Source of the DNA: a virus
DNA length: 64,000 bases
IMG/VR virus record: IMGVR_UViG_3300031753_000004
Coordinates: 8,097-72,096 of that record
Reading direction: 5' to 3' (one strand)
Both the position numbers and the translations under genes were made by a program. Of the stretch, positions 46,813 to 56,477 are shown piece after piece. The notes under the pieces are model-generated. The model did not search any database, was not told the origin of the DNA, and saw nothing but the letters and a program-made list of their open reading frames with translations. The stretch's first letter is position 1. Every line of letters begins with the position of its first letter.

Positions 46813-47418
46813 TTATCCTCCGGATCGGTCCAGCACCGACCCCTGACGGCGCAAATAGTCGTGTACTGAATCGAGAATCGCCCTGTCCTCATCAGTCCGT
46901 GCGTGCCGACGTGTCAGTTTAGCAATTCGCATGTAGCACTGTTTCAGCAATTCCTGCGGCTCCGCGAGCGCGTTTTCCAAGTCGAAAACCGTCAGCCCGT
47001 CAACGGCAAGCCGAGTAGCCGCCTTGGGCTTCGGCCGTTCAATCGGCATACAGGCTTTACGCAAGGCCGCTCTGATTCCGCGCAATTGCCCGACAAGATA
47101 ACCTTTCTGAGCTACCAGTCGCGCACGTCGGACATTCAATTCTTGAAAGTCTTTCGTGGCCAGCCATGATCCTTTGACCCGCACGCCGATAGCGGTTAGC
47201 TCCGCCTCGACTTCCGCGAGTTGGCCGGCAAGTTCGTCTCTCTTGTCGTGCAACCCCACAGGCGCATACTGCGGATTTGGCCGGCACGACTGGCACCAGC
47301 CCTCGGCGAACTTGGCGCGCTTCGCATCCAAGAACGGATCGTCTCGGTCGATCACAAACTCTTCGCTGTGGCCGCACCGTCTGGTAATCAGCGCGGTTGC
47401 AATATCATCCGGCATCAC
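46813..47418 (-). CDS. Hypothetical protein with CGH/CxxC and coiled coil
   Basis: RCGHSE, WCQSC, heptads. Confidence 0.45.
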   Translation of the reverse strand: MMPDDIATALITRRCGHSEEFVIDRDDPFLDAKRAKFAEGWCQSCRPNPQYAPVGLHDKRDELAGQLAEVEAELTAIGVRVKGSWLATKDFQELNVRRARLVAQKGYLVGQLRGIRAALRKACMPIERPKPKAATRLAVDGLTVFDLENALAEPQELLKQCYMRIAKLTRRHARTDEDRAILDSVHDYLRRQGSVLDRSGG

Positions 47419-47651
47419 TTCCCCTCCTCCTTCGCCGACTCCAGCGGCTTGCGGCGGGCGCGGATGGAGGCGGCGACTCTCCTAAGCGTCATATACCCGT
47501 AGCATTCGCAGAAGCCGATCTCACATCAGCAGTCGCAGCCGGTCAACTTCGGCGAGAAGTTCCTCAGCGTGGTGCGGATGCCAGTGCATCCGGTCATCGT
47601 TCAGTCTGCTTCGGAGAAACGCTAACCGCTCCTTGCTCATTGGCTCGCTCA

Positions 47652-48534
47652 TCACGTCCCCCTAAGCTTTCTCGTGTCCCGCAACTGCTCCCTAACTTTT
47701 TTCATTTCCGAAGCAAGGGATTTCTCCCTTTCCGTTAGGTACTTCTCCCTGGCCTCTCTTTGATACTGCCGATAGGTGGCCAACCTCGGAGGCATCTGCT
47801 CGTAACTCTCCAAAAAGCCGTCGTCCAAGTCCTCAACGTCGTGATCGATTCCTAGTAGGTGGCAAAACGCAGAGAGAGACGGGGTGTCGTGCCAGTGGAT
47901 CAATTCATCTCCGCGAAATATCGCGGTCCAATCTTCGGCGCGGATGATGGTCAGCTTTGGCTCGCTCAATCCGCACTCTCCTTGATGTTTCGCACCCGTT
48001 TTGAGAAATCAGGCAAATCGAAGTCCTCTCCGTATTTGACCATCACCGAGCGCTCGCATTCTCGGCAACACCACTTGTTAAGTCGATCAGCCTTCTCAGC
48101 AGGCTTGGCGTGTCCACCTTCGTAAGTTCCCGGATCGACCGGAGCGACAGGCAATTCACCGTCAGCCAGGTACTCGTAATCGTCTTCGTTCGACGGATCG
48201 AGTTGAACTTTCGGCCTTCTGTTGTGGCCCCAAGCCTTCTCGCACTTGGCATCGCAGGCCAAGATGAGCGGGTTGCCTAAATACAGAATGTGCTTGGCGA
48301 TCAATCCGCACTCTCCTTCGTTTTTGCAGACTCCAGCGGCATCCGTCCCCCGCTTCTCTGCCAGAAATCGGCTAGGGCACTCTGCATCCGGTCGGCGAAG
48401 TCGGACATCTCGCCCATCGTCACGAATCCGAACGCGACCATCTGCCTCCGGAGCTTCACGCAGTCGGGGATGCCTTCGCGGATCGGGATGTCTCGCCAGG
48501 GGGTTGCCACCAGGGGTGCCCTCTCAGGCCGCAC
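47652..48534 (-). other. Three small coupled ORFs (47652..47969, 47966..48304, 48301..48534)
   Basis: Junctions share an 18-bp repeat; middle ORF has ACDAKCEKAWG...LNKWCCRECERS. Confidence 0.5.
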
Positions 48535-48926
48535 AATACCAGCGCCGCCTCAGACTCGCTCCGCTTTGGCAGACGCAGAAGATCAAACACAACCCGCTCG
48601 ATGTCCGCCTGGAGAACGCCTTCTCTCGCCGCTGCCAGCGCTAACAAGTCGCACCGAAGCGGACGGTTGCCAGCGTGCGAATCGGTATGGCAGACGCGGC
48701 ATAAGCTGACGATATTTTCCCGGATGTCCACTTGGCTACCTCCACCGAGGCCACGCGCGAAAATGTGGGCTGGGTCTCTTCCCCACGGGCACAGCCGACC
48801 GCAATACTCGCAAGGCCCTGGAAGCCGGAAAAGCGACAGCAATTCAGGGTCTTCGATAATCACGATACTCCTAGTTTCGGTGCGTTGCACTGTGGAGCCC
48901 CAGTGCCGAATTTCGTCGTTACCCAA
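48456..48926 (-). CDS. HNH-family nuclease
   Basis: CEYCG, DPAHIFARGLGGG, NIVSLCRVCHTDSH; true start likely near 48863. Confidence 0.7.
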   Translation of the reverse strand: MGNDEIRHWGSTVQRTETRSIVIIEDPELLSLFRLPGPCEYCGRLCPWGRDPAHIFARGLGGGSQVDIRENIVSLCRVCHTDSHAGNRPLRCDLLALAAAREGVLQADIERVVFDLLRLPKRSESEAALVLCGLRGHPWWQPPGETSRSAKASPTA

Positions 48927-49318
48927 GCCAATGCCCAGACTCTCTCCGACTCCGTGAACTCCTGCATGATCCTATCCAGCTTCGCCGCCAAGAGCAGCGT
49001 CCGGTCGGTCTGTCGTGGCTTCTTCTTCGTTGGCGTTTCCGTTGTCATCGTGTTGATCCTTTCGCTTGACGGTTCCTGGTTCTCTCACACCCTCTCTCTA
49101 GGGCATTGACGGCTCCGAAGCTTCAACGTCCGGCTACCGCTGCGCTTCGCCTCATCACTGCGCGTACCCTGGCTGTATTGTGAGAACTCCGAAGGCTATG
49201 CCGAGCAGGTTCGCGCCGTCCAAGGATTCCTTTATAGGCCATCCCCAGGCGACCGTTTGTTATTACCTATCCGCCCTTTTGGAGCCGGACCTGCTAAACC
49301 GATCGGACTGTCAGACAG

Positions 49319-49747
49319 TCACGTCTTGCCTTCCTGATGTCTGCCGTTCCGTTCCGTCCTATTCTCAATTTCCTGCACCAGCCTCAGATGCTCGATCACC
49401 TCGGCACGGTACACTATGATCGAGGCCCTCAAGTCCGCGTCGATCCGCTTCCCCGGCACCCGGGCAAGCAGCTTACCTTCACTGGACAGCCGCAGGCTCA
49501 CTCCCCTGGCATCGCACGCCGACAGTATCGACCTCACCACACCTGCCTTTGCTTGCCCTAGGTACTCCGCCAGGGTTCTAAGGGTCATCTCCCGGATCAT
49601 GCGCCGGATGCGGTAGTCATCGGGAACGATCTTCACCAGTTCTCTGGCCACCAGCGCGGCGAATTCTCTGGCGTCCTGTTGCTTCTGGTCGTCCATGAAA
49701 ACGTCCGTGACTACTTCCTCTTCCGGTGCTTCGCTGCGTTTGGGCAT
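49319..49747 (-). CDS. Protein with TubC N-terminal docking-like domain
   Basis: ILSACDARGVSLRLSSEGKLLARVP...IIVYRAEVIEHL. Confidence 0.55.
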   Translation of the reverse strand: MPKRSEAPEEEVVTDVFMDDQKQQDAREFAALVARELVKIVPDDYRIRRMIREMTLRTLAEYLGQAKAGVVRSILSACDARGVSLRLSSEGKLLARVPGKRIDADLRASIIVYRAEVIEHLRLVQEIENRTERNGRHQEGKT

Positions 49748-49944
49748 GTCGCGAAATGCGACTTGTAACGCGACCCTTCTAGTACTGGATCAAACAGTTC
49801 GCCGCTCATCACGTGCGCCTTGCCATCGACCAGGACCACGTTTCCATCAGGCGCGGGATCTGGGTCTAGCGGCATGAGCGCGCCAGTTGCGGCCGTGCGA
49901 ACCCAGATAATCTCTTTGCCACAAGATCGGCATTGCTCGCTCAT
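49711..49944 (-). CDS. Small phage zinc-binding protein
   Basis: CRSCGKEIIW, MPLDPDP, SHFATCP. Confidence 0.65.
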   Translation of the reverse strand: MSEQCRSCGKEIIWVRTAATGALMPLDPDPAPDGNVVLVDGKAHVMSGELFDPVLEGSRYKSHFATCPNAAKHRKRK

Positions 49945-52136
49945 ACAAGCGCCTCGCGTTTGGCTTTGCCGGCATCTACCAATCTTTGCCACGCATCGGC
50001 CGGAAGCACACGGTTAACTAGCAGGAGATCGTGGGCGATGGCAGTGAGCGAATCATTGTCGGCGGCGCTAGAAATCTCTTGGCCCTTCTTGTCCTCGAAC
50101 TCCCTCGGGTTTTTCCATGCCCCGATAATTTGGCTCGCGTCGTATGATGAGCGCACTTGTTCCGGATGGATTCCAAGCTGACCGAGACGCCACAGCTGCT
50201 TGTCGCTCGGGGAAACTGGGGTCCACTGATCCAGAGGAATTCCGTTCTTGTAAGCGACTTCCGATAGATCCTCTCGCGCCTTGAGTTGGCCGATAATCCG
50301 CCCGGCCTTCTTCCGGGAAATCGGCGCCCGGATATCCATTCCTAGGAAAGCGATCAGATTCATTTGGGCAGAGGTTGCGCCACCTTGGTTGACGTTTGAC
50401 CCCGACCCTACCTCGTGGGCGCTGTAGCGAACTTCCGCATCAGCTTTGGCCCGGACGCGGGCTTCCTCCAGTCGCTGCCGTTCCGCCTCTTGCTGTCGCG
50501 CGCGCTCGGCCTCAACTTCTCGCTTGGCGCGGCGAACGACCTCTGCCACATCCGTCTCTTCGCCGGATTGCTCCAGCAGGTTTGCCGCTAGTTCCGCGAC
50601 CTCATCGTCCAGACCTTCGGCATAAATTTGGATCGTGGACGCACAGTCTGCCAGGCCAGTGATTCCTACAAGATCGATAATCAGCGCGTTCGGTTTGTCG
50701 CTGGTTGCGATAGCCTCGACACGCTCCTCGGCTGTCAGCAATTCGTGCAGGACGGGCATGATTGATCGGCATGGCCGGCAGGAACGGCCTTTCATCTGTT
50801 CGGCCAGCGAAGAGGCTTTCTTGCTGACTGGACGGAACACGGCCACGCAGGAAATATCGGGATCGTTGTAACCTTCTCGGCAAAGCCCGCATACCGATAG
50901 GAATTGAAACTCGCCGGCTTGGTGCCCGGTATACGCCGCCTTACGGTCATGGGGCTGAGTCGTGCCGTTGATCGACTTGGCCTGCTCGCCGGCCTTCGTG
51001 ATATGCGCCGTGTCGATCAATGCCCCGCATTTGCACTGCGCACCGTCGCCGATCAGCTTGATCGGATACCAGCGCCTCAGATGGCATTGTGGGCATTGCG
51101 CTTCCGAGCGCGCGTTGATGTAGAGGGCGACATTAGCGGCCATGTCGATTCCTGGGGAAAACACCAACGTGCGCCGATCTTCCACCATGTCAAGGAGAGG
51201 CTCTATCAGTTTCGCCAGCGTCCCTTCTTGGCCAAGGATGCGCTCAAGATCAGCCTCGTCAAAGTCTCCGGCTATCTGCTTAATCCGCTTGAAGTCCACG
51301 CCTGCGACCTCGATGTACTTCTGCACGTAGGGCACGGCCCAGCCTTCGCTGATCCCGCAAGGGCGCTCGATGTGGAACAGAGGAAAATCAATGGCCACAG
51401 CCGGGAACATCTTGTGGCCGATGCTAATGCCATCCCCGCGCTTCGGAGTGGCTGTCAGTCCGTTCCGTTTGCTCTCTGGGTTCTGATCGAACCAGTCCGC
51501 GATATGGCCGACCGACTTGAGGTTGTGCGCGTGCCGGTGGGCTTCGTCCGAGAAAACCAGCCAGTTGAGGCGCCAGTCGAATTTGTGAAGCCGGCTCCAT
51601 GCTGCATGCGCTTCAGGTATATCCCGTAGGCTCTTAACTTTGTCGCGAACGTCGTCAACGTCGGTGCCGGTAGCCAGTGCGTGGACGAGCCTTTTGCAAA
51701 CACGTTTGGATAATCCGCGCGCGTCGATTCCGTATGCTTCCAAGACGCGCGCTTGCTCTGCGGTCATAGCCTCGGCTGGGAGAAGAGACTGCCGGCTGGC
51801 CACGGTGACTAGCGGAATGTCTCCTGGATGAACGCGGTCCTCTCCCATCTCGATACCGGGAATGATCCCGAGAAAATCGTCTATCTCTTGCGCGAATTGC
51901 CATACTAAGTCACGCTCATAACTCACTACCAAAACCCGGTGATTAGGCCCGCGCGCTAGCCAGGTCCGCGCCTTGAGGCAGGCCATCGGCGTCTTCCCTC
52001 CTCCGGTGAACACGCGCGTGAGTACGCCACGCTCTCCGGAGTTCCAGAGGCGTAAGCTTTCGTCGTGGTCCTTTCGCTGGTAGTCGCGAGCGACCAGAGC
52101 TACGCGCGGTTCATGGATAAAAAGGGCGGATGCCAT
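49941..52136 (-). CDS. Superfamily 2 (DExH) helicase
   Basis: RDYQ, TGGGKT, DEAH, GLTATP, EGYNDP, QMKGR; zinc insert CPQC...CKCG. Confidence 0.85.
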   Translation of the reverse strand: MASALFIHEPRVALVARDYQRKDHDESLRLWNSGERGVLTRVFTGGGKTPMACLKARTWLARGPNHRVLVVSYERDLVWQFAQEIDDFLGIIPGIEMGEDRVHPGDIPLVTVASRQSLLPAEAMTAEQARVLEAYGIDARGLSKRVCKRLVHALATGTDVDDVRDKVKSLRDIPEAHAAWSRLHKFDWRLNWLVFSDEAHRHAHNLKSVGHIADWFDQNPESKRNGLTATPKRGDGISIGHKMFPAVAIDFPLFHIERPCGISEGWAVPYVQKYIEVAGVDFKRIKQIAGDFDEADLERILGQEGTLAKLIEPLLDMVEDRRTLVFSPGIDMAANVALYINARSEAQCPQCHLRRWYPIKLIGDGAQCKCGALIDTAHITKAGEQAKSINGTTQPHDRKAAYTGHQAGEFQFLSVCGLCREGYNDPDISCVAVFRPVSKKASSLAEQMKGRSCRPCRSIMPVLHELLTAEERVEAIATSDKPNALIIDLVGITGLADCASTIQIYAEGLDDEVAELAANLLEQSGEETDVAEVVRRAKREVEAERARQQEAERQRLEEARVRAKADAEVRYSAHEVGSGSNVNQGGATSAQMNLIAFLGMDIRAPISRKKAGRIIGQLKAREDLSEVAYKNGIPLDQWTPVSPSDKQLWRLGQLGIHPEQVRSSYDASQIIGAWKNPREFEDKKGQEISSAADNDSLTAIAHDLLLVNRVLPADAWQRLVDAGKAKREALV

Positions 52137-52906
52137 TAGCCTAGCTGATCCAAATTAAGTTTCGGTAAGCGGCCTGTCCCCTGGCATGGTCGGCAGTCTT
52201 TGCCCTTATCAGTCCCTTTGCCATCGCAGCGCGGGCAGATGCCGCTGCATTTGCAAGCCCGGAGCATTTCGCAGCCATCCGCGAATTTCCTTCTGATCCC
52301 CTCTCGCCGGTTCATGTCGCTAATCCAGATATCTCTCGGAAGCTCGTCCTCAACTAACTTTGTGACAGAACGGCAGAAGCTCTCTATGGTTGCGTTTATC
52401 CGCTTCATGGCGTCGGCAGAACTTTCTTCTTCCGGCTCCTCCCCAGGCTGCCTGGCCGATGGCTGGCGATTGTCCGGAACCCTAAACGGCGTCGGTGGCC
52501 GTTGTCCGACGCGCTCAGCACGGGTCCGCCGCTCCGCCGCTGGCGATGATGGTTTCTCCGAGGCGCCGGAGGTTTGCGACCCCACGCTAGGAGCATCGTC
52601 GCGGCGGAGAGGGGCCGGCTCGTCTGGGGACTCTATAGCGTCGTCCAAATGCGCAAGCGTTGCGCATTTGGACCAGTTTTCCGCTATACGTATGTAAAGT
52701 TGGGCCGTTCGTACGGAAAATGCGACATTCGTTTCCAGCCACTTCAGCCAAGAGCCGTGGTCTACTTGTGCCCTAGCTTTTATCAGGGCATCCCCGGCTA
52801 TTCGGAAGCTCGCTTCCCCGGCTTTGTGAGCCGCATTGATCTCGACGGCTAGCGCCTTGAGGTCTACTACTGAGCGAACGGCTGCCGGTGGCGTCACGTC
52901 TTTCAC
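52136..52906 (-). CDS. DUF3102-domain protein with C-terminal DnaJ-type zinc finger
   Basis: AGDALIKAR, HGSWLKWL, FSVRTAQLYI; CPRCDGKG...CRPCQGTG. Confidence 0.7.
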   Translation of the reverse strand: MKDVTPPAAVRSVVDLKALAVEINAAHKAGEASFRIAGDALIKARAQVDHGSWLKWLETNVAFSVRTAQLYIRIAENWSKCATLAHLDDAIESPDEPAPLRRDDAPSVGSQTSGASEKPSSPAAERRTRAERVGQRPPTPFRVPDNRQPSARQPGEEPEEESSADAMKRINATIESFCRSVTKLVEDELPRDIWISDMNRREGIRRKFADGCEMLRACKCSGICPRCDGKGTDKGKDCRPCQGTGRLPKLNLDQLG

Positions 52907-52939
52907 GGTTGCTCCTTGCGGTGCGCTTCGGTGCGATTC

Positions 52940-53170
52940 CTAACTGCTTCCTAAGTCCTGTGCGCGAATAAACTTGCACTTGGCAACGATGGTGCGTGCT
53001 TTCATGCGCTCCCACGACACAAGGCCGGCGCGCCGGAGCCGCTTTAGGTGTCCGAAAGCCGCTTGCGGGTTCGGAGAGCCCATAGCCAGCACCAGTTCAC
53101 GAACCTCCGGCGGCCGATCGCTCTGCCAGAGCGCTCCGAGGATGAGCAAGGCGTTGTGGTTGAAGGTCAA
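52940..53170 (-). CDS. LexA-like DNA-binding (wHTH) protein
   Basis: PPEVRELV, HLKRLRRAGLVSWE, ARTI. Confidence 0.65.
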   Translation of the reverse strand: MTFNHNALLILGALWQSDRPPEVRELVLAMGSPNPQAAFGHLKRLRRAGLVSWERMKARTIVAKCKFIRAQDLGSS

Positions 53171-53787
53171 GCAGCCTCCAGTGCTGGCGTCTCTCGGTCC
53201 AGGTATGGCGTCAGCTTGCGAGCGTTAGCCCAGTCCAAGAACGCCCTGAGCCAGCGGCGGCAATCGGCTTCTAGCTCCGCATAGCGCCAGAAGCGGAATG
53301 AGTCCACGGAGCGAAGCTCGCAATACCCGCATTTTGGGTCCTTGAAGTTCCAAAGGTTGTATTGGACGCTGGCCGCGTCGTGGACGAGCAAGTAGGCCCG
53401 CCACTGGAGGGACGGCTCATAGTCTCTGGCGTCCGGCGTGCCGAACTTCGCCTTGTTCTCTTGAAGCGCCAAGCCGCGAACGTGATCGACCTGGGCGACG
53501 AGCGCGACCGGCGAGCCATGTACATCGAGGATCTTCGTTGACTTCACCTCGCAGAGGCCGGAGCCGACGTAGGCCCGCGCCTCGCCCAGCATCTTGCTAT
53601 CGAACCAGAATTCGCGCGTTGAGTATTCGCCGCATAGCGCCGCTTGCCAAGTGGACCCCGCGCGCATCTGCCAAGTCGGTTCAAAGGGCTTTCCGGCTAT
53701 CTGGTCGATGAGTTCTTGCTCCACCGCGTATTCGCTCTGTAGCACGCGGCGGAAAGATTCCAGCGTGGTAGTTGATACTCTGAGCAT
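53167..53787 (-). CDS. PD-(D/E)xK exonuclease (Cas4/RecB-like)
   Basis: Start MLRVSTTTLESF at 53787; CEVK, VD...ENKAK, SLQWRAYL; adjacent to Sak4-like gene. Confidence 0.6.
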   Translation of the reverse strand: MLRVSTTTLESFRRVLQSEYAVEQELIDQIAGKPFEPTWQMRAGSTWQAALCGEYSTREFWFDSKMLGEARAYVGSGLCEVKSTKILDVHGSPVALVAQVDHVRGLALQENKAKFGTPDARDYEPSLQWRAYLLVHDAASVQYNLWNFKDPKCGYCELRSVDSFRFWRYAELEADCRRWLRAFLDWANARKLTPYLDRETPALEAA

Positions 53788-54701
53788 TACGCCGCTTGCT
53801 CCTTTGCACGGAACGCCTTCGCCTGCGGATCGAACACCCAACCCTGCGATTCCGCAAAGTTTTTGCAGAGGTGCCATGCTTGCTTCTGGGCACCGTTCGC
53901 AAGCGTCTTCACGTCCTTGATGCCGGTGTTGAACGCTTCCAGACTCGGCTTTTTCTCAAGCCAAGCGCGGAAGTTCTCAACCGCCTGAACCAGCTCCGCG
54001 CTCTCCGCAGAAATGCGGCCCATCGACGCCTTGGCCTCAGCTAGCAGCTTCGCCAGGAAGCGGGGCTCGGTGCCGAAGTCGGGTAGGTTGATCTGCCCCC
54101 ATCCGCATGGAGGGACTTTGGCCATCCACCGATCAGTTGGATTGAAGTCGATTACCCGCCGCCCAGCCTCGAAGTGCAGGTAGCCCACAACGTCGCAATG
54201 ATTCATGAGCGTGTTGTAACTTCCACCAACCACGTCTGGGCAGTAGTAAACATCGTCGCCAAGGCGCTCCGCTTTCTCGTGCGCCAGGAACACGAGGTCT
54301 TGACCGCGCTGGCGAATGTCAGCAACCCAGGCGGCAAACCATGACTTTAGGATTCCGTAACCCGGCAGACTGAGTCCACCGAGCCGATTTCCGTTTTTTG
54401 GGTTGTCCGCGATGATGGCGGCCGAGAGTTTGTCGAGCGCCATGCCGATCGTGTCAACGATGATGGTCCGGTAAGGCTTGTAATCGAAGTCGAGAACATC
54501 GGACCACGTTTCAAATATTGCGGCAGTCTTGCGCCCGTAGGCCCGGTAGATGCCTGGGTCAAAGGCGAGCGTGACGGGCTCCTCGGATGTTTGCGCCAGG
54601 GAGCTTTTCCGGCTTCCGGGCTGGCCGTAGCCGAGCAAGCAGATTTGCTTTACTTCGATGGTCTGATTCGGTTCGATTAGCTGAACGGTCATATGTTCCA
54701 C
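53787..54701 (-). CDS. Sak4/AAA_24-like ATPase (recombination/annealing)
   Basis: YGQPGSRKSS, TIIVDT, VFLAHE, CDVVGYL. Confidence 0.8.
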   Translation of the reverse strand: MEHMTVQLIEPNQTIEVKQICLLGYGQPGSRKSSLAQTSEEPVTLAFDPGIYRAYGRKTAAIFETWSDVLDFDYKPYRTIIVDTIGMALDKLSAAIIADNPKNGNRLGGLSLPGYGILKSWFAAWVADIRQRGQDLVFLAHEKAERLGDDVYYCPDVVGGSYNTLMNHCDVVGYLHFEAGRRVIDFNPTDRWMAKVPPCGWGQINLPDFGTEPRFLAKLLAEAKASMGRISAESAELVQAVENFRAWLEKKPSLEAFNTGIKDVKTLANGAQKQAWHLCKNFAESQGWVFDPQAKAFRAKEQAA

Positions 54702-54704
54702 CTT

Positions 54705-55180
54705 TCATGTGGGCTGGTCTTGGAGCATCTTTTCTAAGTCGCAAATCCGCGCGTCCTTCTCTTCCATCTGGCCGACGAGCCGCTCGTTTTCCACGGTGAG
54801 TTCCGCGATCTTCTCCAGCAGCTTCGCGCACCAAGGGCAGCGTTGCGGTATTTCCCGCGTTCTGGCAATGGCCAATTCGAGCTGGGTCATCGCATTATCC
54901 TTCTCAATCGTCAGGTCGGATGACGGGGCGGTCATTGGGGCGACTCCATTTCGTCAGCGCGAGAGTAAGCGATCTTTTTAAGCCCTTCTTTAGATGCCTC
55001 GGCTTCCTCCAAGGCATTCTGGATTCGCGCGGACCATTCAAATTCGCCGAGCGACTTCTTAGCGTTCATAAGGTGGAGAATCGCGGCGTTCAGGTGCCCA
55101 ATGGTGATCCTAATTCTTTCACGGTCATCAACCATCGCCATCCCTCCAAGGTTGCCCGGCGCCGCGTCGTGGAGAGACAA
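54705..55180 (-). CDS. Two small ORFs (54705..54935 coiled coil; 54932..55180 helical domain paralogous to 58014..58367)
   Basis: ORF track; GGAGG RBS before MAMVDD. Confidence 0.45.
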
Positions 55181-55216
55181 CGCGGGCCGGGCTTAGCGGC
55201 AACTTCCGCCACTAAG

Positions 55217-55245
55217 AGTATCAGCATTTGCTGCCGATAAGTCAA
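55217..55245 (-). promoter_or_regulatory. Sigma70-like promoter with overlapping operator-like inverted repeats
   Basis: TTGACT-17 nt-GATACT; related quasi-palindromes GGCAGCAAATGCTG and GGCGGAAGTTGCCG. Confidence 0.6.
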
Positions 55246-55256
55246 GCGCCGTTTAA

Positions 55257-55475
55257 CTAGATTTTCCTGGATACGAAGAATTCGAGCAGCAGGCGGAAGG
55301 GTTTGGGCGGAGGGATGCCGTCCTCCCAAGAGCGCCAACTGCGAACAGAGACGCCGATCAGGTCGGCGGCGTCGGCTTGGGTCAGACCGCGCGCCAAGCG
55401 GGCCTCGTAGACGTTTGTAGGGAGGCCCTTGGGGCGCTTCTTCTTTCGCTTCCTTGGCGGCATGGTGCCTAGCAT
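55257..55475 (-). CDS. XRE-family HTH regulator
   Basis: ARLARGLTQADAADLIGVSVRSWRSWEDG. Confidence 0.8.
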   Translation of the reverse strand: MLGTMPPRKRKKKRPKGLPTNVYEARLARGLTQADAADLIGVSVRSWRSWEDGIPPPKPFRLLLEFFVSRKI

Positions 55476-55676
55476 AGATTCTCCCGTTCATCCGATCAAC
55501 CTCCCCGCTCTTCCGAGGCTTCCGGAATCACGATCTCAATGGACGCAGCGATCCGGACCCAGCACCCGCTATCGTGCTCTCCCGTCGTAGCACGGTTGGC
55601 GTTCTTGAGCATCGCCGAGATGTGAATCCGCGCCGCTCGTATCAGGCAGCTAACGTCGCATGTATCTCCGGCGAAC

Positions 55677-56477
55677 TCACACACGTCGTACTTGTCGCAG
55701 ATCATCGACCCTCCCCGCCTCCGGTATCCGCGCCTCCGCCTCTTTCCGCCGGATGACGTTCTCTCGCCAGCGCATTGCGTACCGCAGACAGTTGGCGCAG
55801 GACTTATGCCTACCGACGCACTCAGGGAGCGGCGGTCGTTTTCTTGCCTGCTTGCTCCACGCCATCGAATCCGCCGACTCCATTACGTCGCCCACCAATC
55901 GGAGCCCGTCCGTTTTGAAACCGAAGCCGTGCAACCGCAGTCCGTGGCAAGCCAAATCGAATATGATTCGTCCGGCCGCTGCCGTGGCCTGTCGTCTGCA
56001 AAGGCTTCCGACCCCTACCAGCGGCAATGACCTAAGGTCGATACCTGCCGCCTCGTACTGGCGCAGATGGTCGATGTATTCGCGGTGCGCGAACCCCTGA
56101 AGCACTGGCACCCAAGGAACCGACGGAGCAAGCTCGCGGAGATGGACGTAGCTAACAAGCGTCCGCTCTTGGTGGTCTCGCACAGTGAGTCCAGTTTTCT
56201 CCAGCATCACCGTTTCGCACATCCAGTCTTGGACCGACGCCCATTGCATCCGGCCTATTTCTTTCTGCCAGCGCTGGACTTCTTCTGCGTATTGCTCAGC
56301 GCTGACCGTCCATCGCCCGTGCTTGTCGATTTCCGAGAACGCCCCTGAGTCGAGCGCCCACGGCCCGGCAGCTCGCGGGAACGTTTTGTATCGAAGCAAC
56401 CGGACGCGAGACACAAAAAGTGGGACCACGACATGGTTCAGCCACCCCGGTTGATGCGTTCCCAGGTAGAAGATCAT
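55677..56477 (-). CDS. tRNA-guanine transglycosylase-like protein (DpdA-like, candidate DNA base exchange)
   Basis: ALDSGAFS, QDWMCE, PVLQG, VGVGSLCRR, LHGFG, SADSMAWS. Confidence 0.75.
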   Translation of the reverse strand: MIFYLGTHQPGWLNHVVVPLFVSRVRLLRYKTFPRAAGPWALDSGAFSEIDKHGRWTVSAEQYAEEVQRWQKEIGRMQWASVQDWMCETVMLEKTGLTVRDHQERTLVSYVHLRELAPSVPWVPVLQGFAHREYIDHLRQYEAAGIDLRSLPLVGVGSLCRRQATAAAGRIIFDLACHGLRLHGFGFKTDGLRLVGDVMESADSMAWSKQARKRPPLPECVGRHKSCANCLRYAMRWRENVIRRKEAEARIPEAGRVDDLRQVRRV

